Assembly (NCBI GenBank): GCA_951406725.2
Contig: OX597814.1
Coordinates: 115,878,001 to 115,942,000, forward strand
Origin: Octopus vulgaris
Lineage: Eukaryota
Direction of reading: 5' to 3'
Length of the DNA: 64,000 nucleotides
The translations under genes and the position numbers were made by a program. Position 1 is the first letter of the stretch; each line of letters begins with the position of its first letter. The notes under the pieces were generated by a model that was given only the letters and a program-made list of their open reading frames with translations, ran no database searches and was not told the origin of the DNA. Shown one piece after another: positions 57,496 to 64,000 of the stretch.

Positions 57496-59479
57496 CATAT
57501 ATATAGGTTTAAGAGACATTGAACGACATTATCTATGATAGAGATATATAAATTTAAATTTTATCAAAATTAATATCTACAATTACTATTCTGAATCCTA
57601 TATTAAATTATATAGACTATGCACGTTTCTTGACAATATATCTATTGGTATTGTTGAAATAGAAGGTCTCGAAATTCAATACCAAATCTATCCGACTATA
57701 CTGCCAATCTCCAGGCCTGGATTATATAAAACTATTGGTTGCCAACATCATGTGTTAGACCGCCTCCTAAAACATGTGATGGATAATACACTGAAAGGAA
57801 AACTGCATCACCAAATATATTATATCCGTTCATAGACAATTTAATTAAAAAGAAATCTACTAGCATTTGGTGGTAGAATGGAAACAATGCGAAGCAAAAC
57901 TTCAAATGGATGATAATCCAGGTTGAAGAGATGACCGTAAATTTTTTATTTGAACTTGGTCATGCTCTCCGATTTTATCAGCAACAAAGCATTTTCCCAG
58001 AAATTAAGTTTAGAAAACTTCCTAGACTTAGCAATGCACGTTGGAATTCAAGAGCAATCTTGGCCATCCGCACATACATGCTTCTACCACAAAGTAGAGA
58101 AAAACTCAACGACGTAAAAATTATAAGGGTAGAACATTTGGAAAACATTTTCATAGCAGTGGTTAGCATGCATAAAAGTCAATAGTCAATATATTTTCAT
58201 ATATTTAACGGCGGTGCATCAGCATGGCCACACCTCTGAGCTGAAACTTTAATTAAAAAAAATGTAAGACTGTATAAGGATTTATAACCAGTGTAGTAAC
58301 TCTTGAAAGAATGCCTTACATGCTAGAAATGGCAGCCAAACCCAAACCACAAGTTTTTGTATTCTGTCTGTCTCTGTCTCTGCCCGTCTCTCTCTCTCTC
58401 TCTCTCCCTCTCTTTTTCTGTCTCTGTCTGTCTGCCTCTCTATCCTGAACAAATACTGCAAAAATAGAGTTGGGATCTGATATACTTGTGCATTTCAAGG
58501 GAAATAACTTTTATTACAAACATTGAGTAACCTCCCTTGAAAACCTTCTACAAGTTATTTTAAGAATAATTGTTGGCATAATCGATAGAACGTCTGGTAT
58601 GATGCCAGGCGGAATTTCTTCCATCTTTACGTTCTGAGTTCAAATTCCGCCGCGGCTGACTGTGCCTTTTATCCTTTCGGGGTTGATGAAATAAATACCA
58701 GTTGAGTACAGGTGGTCGCTATTATCAATTAGGTCCCACCCGTCAAATTTCAGACTTTGTAGGAAGGATTATTAAGCTGGAGTGTGGAACATAAATTAAC
58801 ATAAATTAGCATAAATTACCAGGAAATTTTGCACAAAAGCAAGATCAAGGTTTCGATTTCCGGACCGGGCAGTGCGGTAAGTTCTTGAGCAAGACACTTA
58901 GTTTCACGTTGCCCCAGTCCACCCAGCTGTAAATAAATAACTCTGCAACGGACTGGCACAGTGGAGTGTTGCGATCTTAGCTACTTATGGGCCATGTAAA
59001 CAGAGTAACGGCTGTTATTTCTAGGACTTTAGGAAATTCGAATCATAGACCAGGGCTAGTCTCAAGCAGGATGGTATTAAAAGGGTTAAAATTGGATGAG
59101 GATTATCTATTTAAACTGATAATTGTAGATTTATGTAGAAGCTTATAGTGTTTTGTGGTACATTTTGTAATGTCAATGAAGTGAATACATCCTCCGTCGA
59201 TTTCGATGATGAGTATTGCAGGTGTTCAATTAATTGAACTACCAACTTTTCGGCCTAGCTTGAACTGGAATAAGAAAATTGTGCGAATTTGCTTTTTGTC
59301 CATGCTGTATTCAACGTGTCGGAAAAAAATGGCCTAATTATTCAAACAGAAAATGAGTAATACGATTAGATAGAGCGAAAAACAGGATTTAAAATGATAC
59401 ATAAAGTCAAAGTAACTTAACGAAAATTAATTTGAAAATACATCATTTAAAACCAAAAATTAAAAATTCCGCAAGAACT

Positions 59480-59890
59480 TTTTTATTTCTTTATTGTCCA
59501 CACGGGGCTAAACATAGAAGGGACAAAGAAGGCCAGACAAACGGATTAAGTCGATTACATCGACTTCAGTGCGTAACTGGTGCTTAATTTATCGACCCCG
59601 AAAGGATGAAAGGCAAAGTCGATCTCGGCGGAATTTGAACTCAGAACGTAAAGACAGACGAAATACATATTTCTTTACTACCCACAAGGGGCTAAACATA
59701 GAGAGGACAAACAAGGACAGACAAAGCGAGATTAAGTCGATTATATTGACCCTAGTGCGTAACTGGTACTTATTTAATCGACCCCGAAAGGATGAACGGC
59801 AAAGTCGACCTCAGCAGCATTTGAACTCAGAACTTTAACGGCAGACGAAATACACCCGGCATGCTAACGTTTCTGCCAGCTCGCCGCCTT
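59480..59890 (-). mobile_element. Family B SINE tandem units with Tx1-type tails (similar at 60945-61368)
   Basis: Head, tail and restart structure as at 47608. Confidence 0.85.
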
Positions 59891-61560
59891 ATAACCTGAT
59901 TAAATATTAGATAACTCTAATTGTTGAAGTTGTATGGCTTTTTGTTTGATTTCTTTTCTTTTTTTTTGTAGCCCAAGGTCACTCAATTATTGCTTAACGA
60001 CATGGTTCTAACCACAGATCAGCTGCCTAATTCCTATTTAGTGAGAGATCCTACAGTACGCTTTTATCCTTGTTCCTGTACCAATTTTCCTCATCTATTC
60101 CTAGCACTTCTTTCTGGTATCTCAAAGCTTTATCTGTTACTTTTTGTTTCAGACTGCGACCATGCTGGGGCACAGCCTTGAAGAATTTTTGTCGAATGAA
60201 AGGATCCCAGTACATGTGTGTGTTTGTCTCGGTCTGTGTGTGTGTTTGTCTGCGTGTGTGTGTCTTTGTGTGTGTGTATGGTTTTAACTCTGTATAAGTT
60301 GGATCTATTTTAATATAAATATCTATATATTTATACTTAAATGTTCATCGTCTGAGAGTCTCCACTTTTCGTTTTCTCTCGTTTTGCATGTATACGTACC
60401 CAAGCTGTTATATTTAATACATCTAATTTGTTTATCCGCATAATTGCTTCCATATCTGCTCAACTTGATCCCTCTTATAGCTGTTGATAAACGAAATATA
60501 CGTACATGTCACAATGACATCCTTATAGTATGCGTCATCATACACTGTTCGGTTTCCAGACATTTGTACATTACTGCATATACTTTATACGCACTTTTGA
60601 CAAGTTGTGGTGCACCTGAGCACTGTATACAATAATTTCATTATTATTATAGTATCTATTTACATCTACGTAGTTTTTTTTTGTATACCCGGATGCGTTG
60701 CATGGATTGAATTTTCTTCTAATGATGTCGATTTAAGAGACTTTGTGAAATGGGCTGTTGAAAATTAAGTATCTATGGCCTAGACGCATCAGAAGGTAAT
60801 TGCAGGATATAAAAGCAATAATAGTATCTTTCGTTGAATGGCCACGTTTTTGTTTTAATGTTAATCTCCACGATATTTCTAGATGATCTGTTGCATCTTC
60901 TTGTGAACGAGGGTATGAAACTACACTGTGCAGATATTCTTTTCTGTTCTAAACACAAGGCCCGAAGTTTTTTGGGAGGGGCCCAGTCGATTAGATCGAC
61001 CCCCAGTACGCAACTGGTACTTAATTTATCGACCCCGAAAGGATGAAAGGCAAAGTCGACCTCGGCAGAATTTGAACCCAGAACGTAAAGACAGACGAAA
61101 TACTGCTAAGCATTTCGACCGGCGTACTACCTTTTCTTATTTCTTTATTGCCCACAAGGGGCTACACACAAAGAGGACAAGGAAGGACAGACAAAGGGAT
61201 TAAATCAATTACATCGACACCAGTGCGTAACTGGTACTTAATTTATCTACCCCGAAAGGATGAAAGGCAAAGTCGACCTCGGCGGAATTTGAACTCAGAA
61301 CGTAGCGGCAGACGAATTACCGCTAAGCATTTCGCCCGGCGTGCTAACGTTTCTGCCAACTCGCTGCTTTACACTGTGCAGATATTCAAGTAACAATGAT
61401 TTGCTACTCCAATATTATATTCACTCGTTCATTTCACTCTTCTATACGAACCTATACCAATAACTGCATTAGACTGATGAACTTACCGCTGCAAAAACAA
61501 TCGCTGTTTATTCTATCCAGCAATGATACCAGTTAATAAATTCAACTGTACTTACCTTAT

Positions 61561-61888
61561 AATTGCAGCGTGGAAGGTGTTTATAAGTCATTTAAGAAAC
61601 ACACAAAAACCGTTAGATTCACTTCAACATTTAAATTTAACTTGCCAAAATATTTTCGTCGCTTTGAGACTGCGACCTGTTCACTGACAAAACTTCGTGC
61701 TCAGTGAACAGGTCGCGGTCTCAAAGCGACGAAAATATTTTGACAAATTAAATTTAAATGTTGAAGTCAATCTAACGGTTTTTGTGTGTTTCTTAAATGA
61801 CTTTTAAACACCTTCCACGCTGCAATTGTTTTCGTTCCAACACACGATCTCAGATCAAGTCACTCGCTATGCAAGGACATCTCCGTAA
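61561..61888. mobile_element. Palindromic interspersed repeat (arms of ~125 bp)
   Basis: 61561-61687 is the reverse complement of about 61701-61828. A paralogue lies at 2646-3030. Confidence 0.8.
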
Positions 61889-62857
61889 TACCTTATAATG
61901 TTATTTGTAATTAAGCTGACAGCATCATTTGAGAGTTAATTGTGCTGGTAAAAGGAAGAAAAGGGTGGAGACTGTATTAGCTGTCAACCAGTAGGTACAA
62001 CTGTCGTTTATTTAGTTCACCTACTGTCTTATCAAACAGTTAAGGGTGGCATTAACTTACGTAGCTAAACAATCTGATAAAATCATGGCAAGCTTATTCA
62101 GGCAATAAGACTCAGGACGCCACGATTAGCTGTTATTGTTATTGTTGTGAAGACTCGGTTAACCATGATGGAGAAGAACTATAAGAGGTGGGTAGTGATT
62201 TAAATGATTAGATACAACTCGCTGAACTAGTGCTAGAGATGATATACCGCACTTCTATCGAATTAAGGACCACATTGCGCAGATCAAAATACAGTGGTCA
62301 AATATGTAGGCCGCAATATCTCAGACCAAGCATATTGAAATCTATCCACTCCTGTATTCCTGTACACATGTTGTTGTTTTTTTTTTCATATCGCCAAGTC
62401 AGCTTTGATTAATGAGATTTTAATAAGAAAAATTCCAACAGTGGCCATCTTGTATCTATGAACAGAACATCTATCACATTAATCAACGTTTTTTCATCTT
62501 TAATATGATAAGTTTTATCTGAGGCATATTTCGTGGCTATATTCAGCAGTTCGTTTATTTCCGTGTAGAGACTCCCATGTCATTTTGAACATGCATGCAC
62601 GCTTGCAGATTCTTATGGGAGCCACAGTGGTAACCAGAATGCTGAACTGTTGGGAGCAATTAACTCTCCTCAGCGCTTATTATTGATGTATATCCTAGTA
62701 AGATATTTAGATATGATTAGATCATTTAAGCAAATGCTATTTATTTCTAAATGTCGTTTTGATATATGTCTGGGCAGGGAGGCGGGCCGAGCGAATTTAG
62801 AAAATTGCAACAGACTGTTTTGTGCTGTTGTAACAACAGTGGTTGGTTGCGTTAGAT

Positions 62858-63168
62858 CATCGGTTCTCAAAGCAGGCACTACAGTCCCCTCGGTGGGTGT
62901 TGAGACGGTCCAGGTGGGTGTTGTTGCCTAAGGGGGCGGTTGAGAAAAAAGGAGGCATTGGAAGAGAGGCAGTGGGTTGAGGGCCGCTATGAATCAATTA
63001 TGATATTATTATACAATTGTATACAAATTACATAATGTTATATTAAATATCAAACGATTCGTAGTAAAATATTAAATATTTATTGATACATAAAAATAGG
63101 GGTAGGGGCGCTTAGGGTATTATGAGGCCATGAAGGGGGCAGTGGCTCAAAAAGTTTGAGAACCTCTG
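62858..63168. mobile_element. Old hAT-type MITE
   Basis: TIRs catcggttctcaaa / tttgagaacctctg with a degenerate 8-bp TSD. Confidence 0.55.
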
Positions 63169-63572
63169 CATTACAGCTTGTTGTCAAACACATTCGCTCG
63201 ACCAGATGATCATTTGCATTGGTATCTTTAATTTTTTTCAGTCATTAGATTGCGGCCATGCTGGGGCACCACCTTGAGGAATTCTAGTCGAATGAATCGA
63301 CCCCAGTATTTCTTATTTTGTGTTAAGCCTGGTACCTACTGTATTGACCGAACCGCTAAGTTACTGGGACATAAACACACCAACACCGCTTGTCAGGCTG
63401 TGGTAGGGAACAAATACAGACACACACGCGTGTGTATAATCATATATATATGTCCTTTACTTTCTCTTATCAGTACAATTAACTGATATATATATCAAAA
63501 TGTGACCTCGTGTGTACCGTTGGCGATTTTTTTTCCTCTGTCTTCCCTTCTCTGGATCTTTCCTTCTCCTAT

Positions 63573-63607
63573 GTTTCCGACGAAGAGCTCCGCTCGAAAC
63601 GTTAAAC
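63573..63607 (+). ncRNA. Minimal hammerhead motif (CCGACGA core) in Penelope-like fragment 63495-63710
   Basis: GUUU-CCGACGA-A-GAGC-UCC-GCUC-GAAA-CG-UU-AAAC. It belongs to the same family as the motif at 51778. Confidence 0.65.
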
Positions 63608-64000
63608 CCTCCTTTTCCCCTTCTTTCCTGAGCGTCCAATAATACTATATTTGTTCCACGTCCTCGCGTTGTTGTGTTTTTTTTTTTTTGTTTTCTTGTT
63701 TGGATTAACTATATATATATATATATATATACATATACGACGGGCTTCTTTCAGTTTCCATTTACTAGTCTACCAAATCCACTGACAAAGCTTTGGCCGG
63801 CAATAATTTTTGCTTTCTTGTGTATGAAGTACACATCCTGGCCTGGCTACATCGTGTAAGGACAAGAAGTTCCTTATTTTGGATCCTTTGTTATTGCTAG
63901 TGTTGTTGAAAGCCTCACCAATTAATCCACATCTAGCAGATAAGGATTAATTGCTGAGGCAAGTGAAACTATCTCGTTCGTCTTTTTCGTATACCTGAGA

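Overview
AT-rich, repeat-saturated eukaryotic DNA. The SINE and microsatellite landscape resembles an octopus (cephalopod) genome, which is my inference. The first ~8.6 kb holds five short in-frame exons forming the 3' end of a plus-strand host gene, tentatively a patatin-like protein. The rest is nested mobile DNA: tRNA-derived SINEs, CR1/L2-group, Tx1, R4-like and HERO-like LINE fragments, two mariner copies, a hAT transposase relic, MITEs, non-autonomous Helitrons, huge (TA/TG)n tracts and a 5-kb polypyrimidine satellite. Almost all long ORFs in the track are repeat artefacts. The main hidden signal is a set of type I hammerhead ribozyme (HHR) motifs in at least four non-coding element families that sit in or next to (TA)n tracts. 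The clearest case is a 589-bp tandem array (32917-36309) with one HHR per monomer and an internal inversion, i.e. a retrozyme or Penelope-like system predicted to yield self-cleaved or circular RNAs. Several motifs share an unusual CCGANGA core, and two families have greatly extended stem II. A second notable system is a Tx1-clade LINE and SINE units bearing its 3' tail, which repeatedly insert at the same site in a tRNA-derived SINE head.
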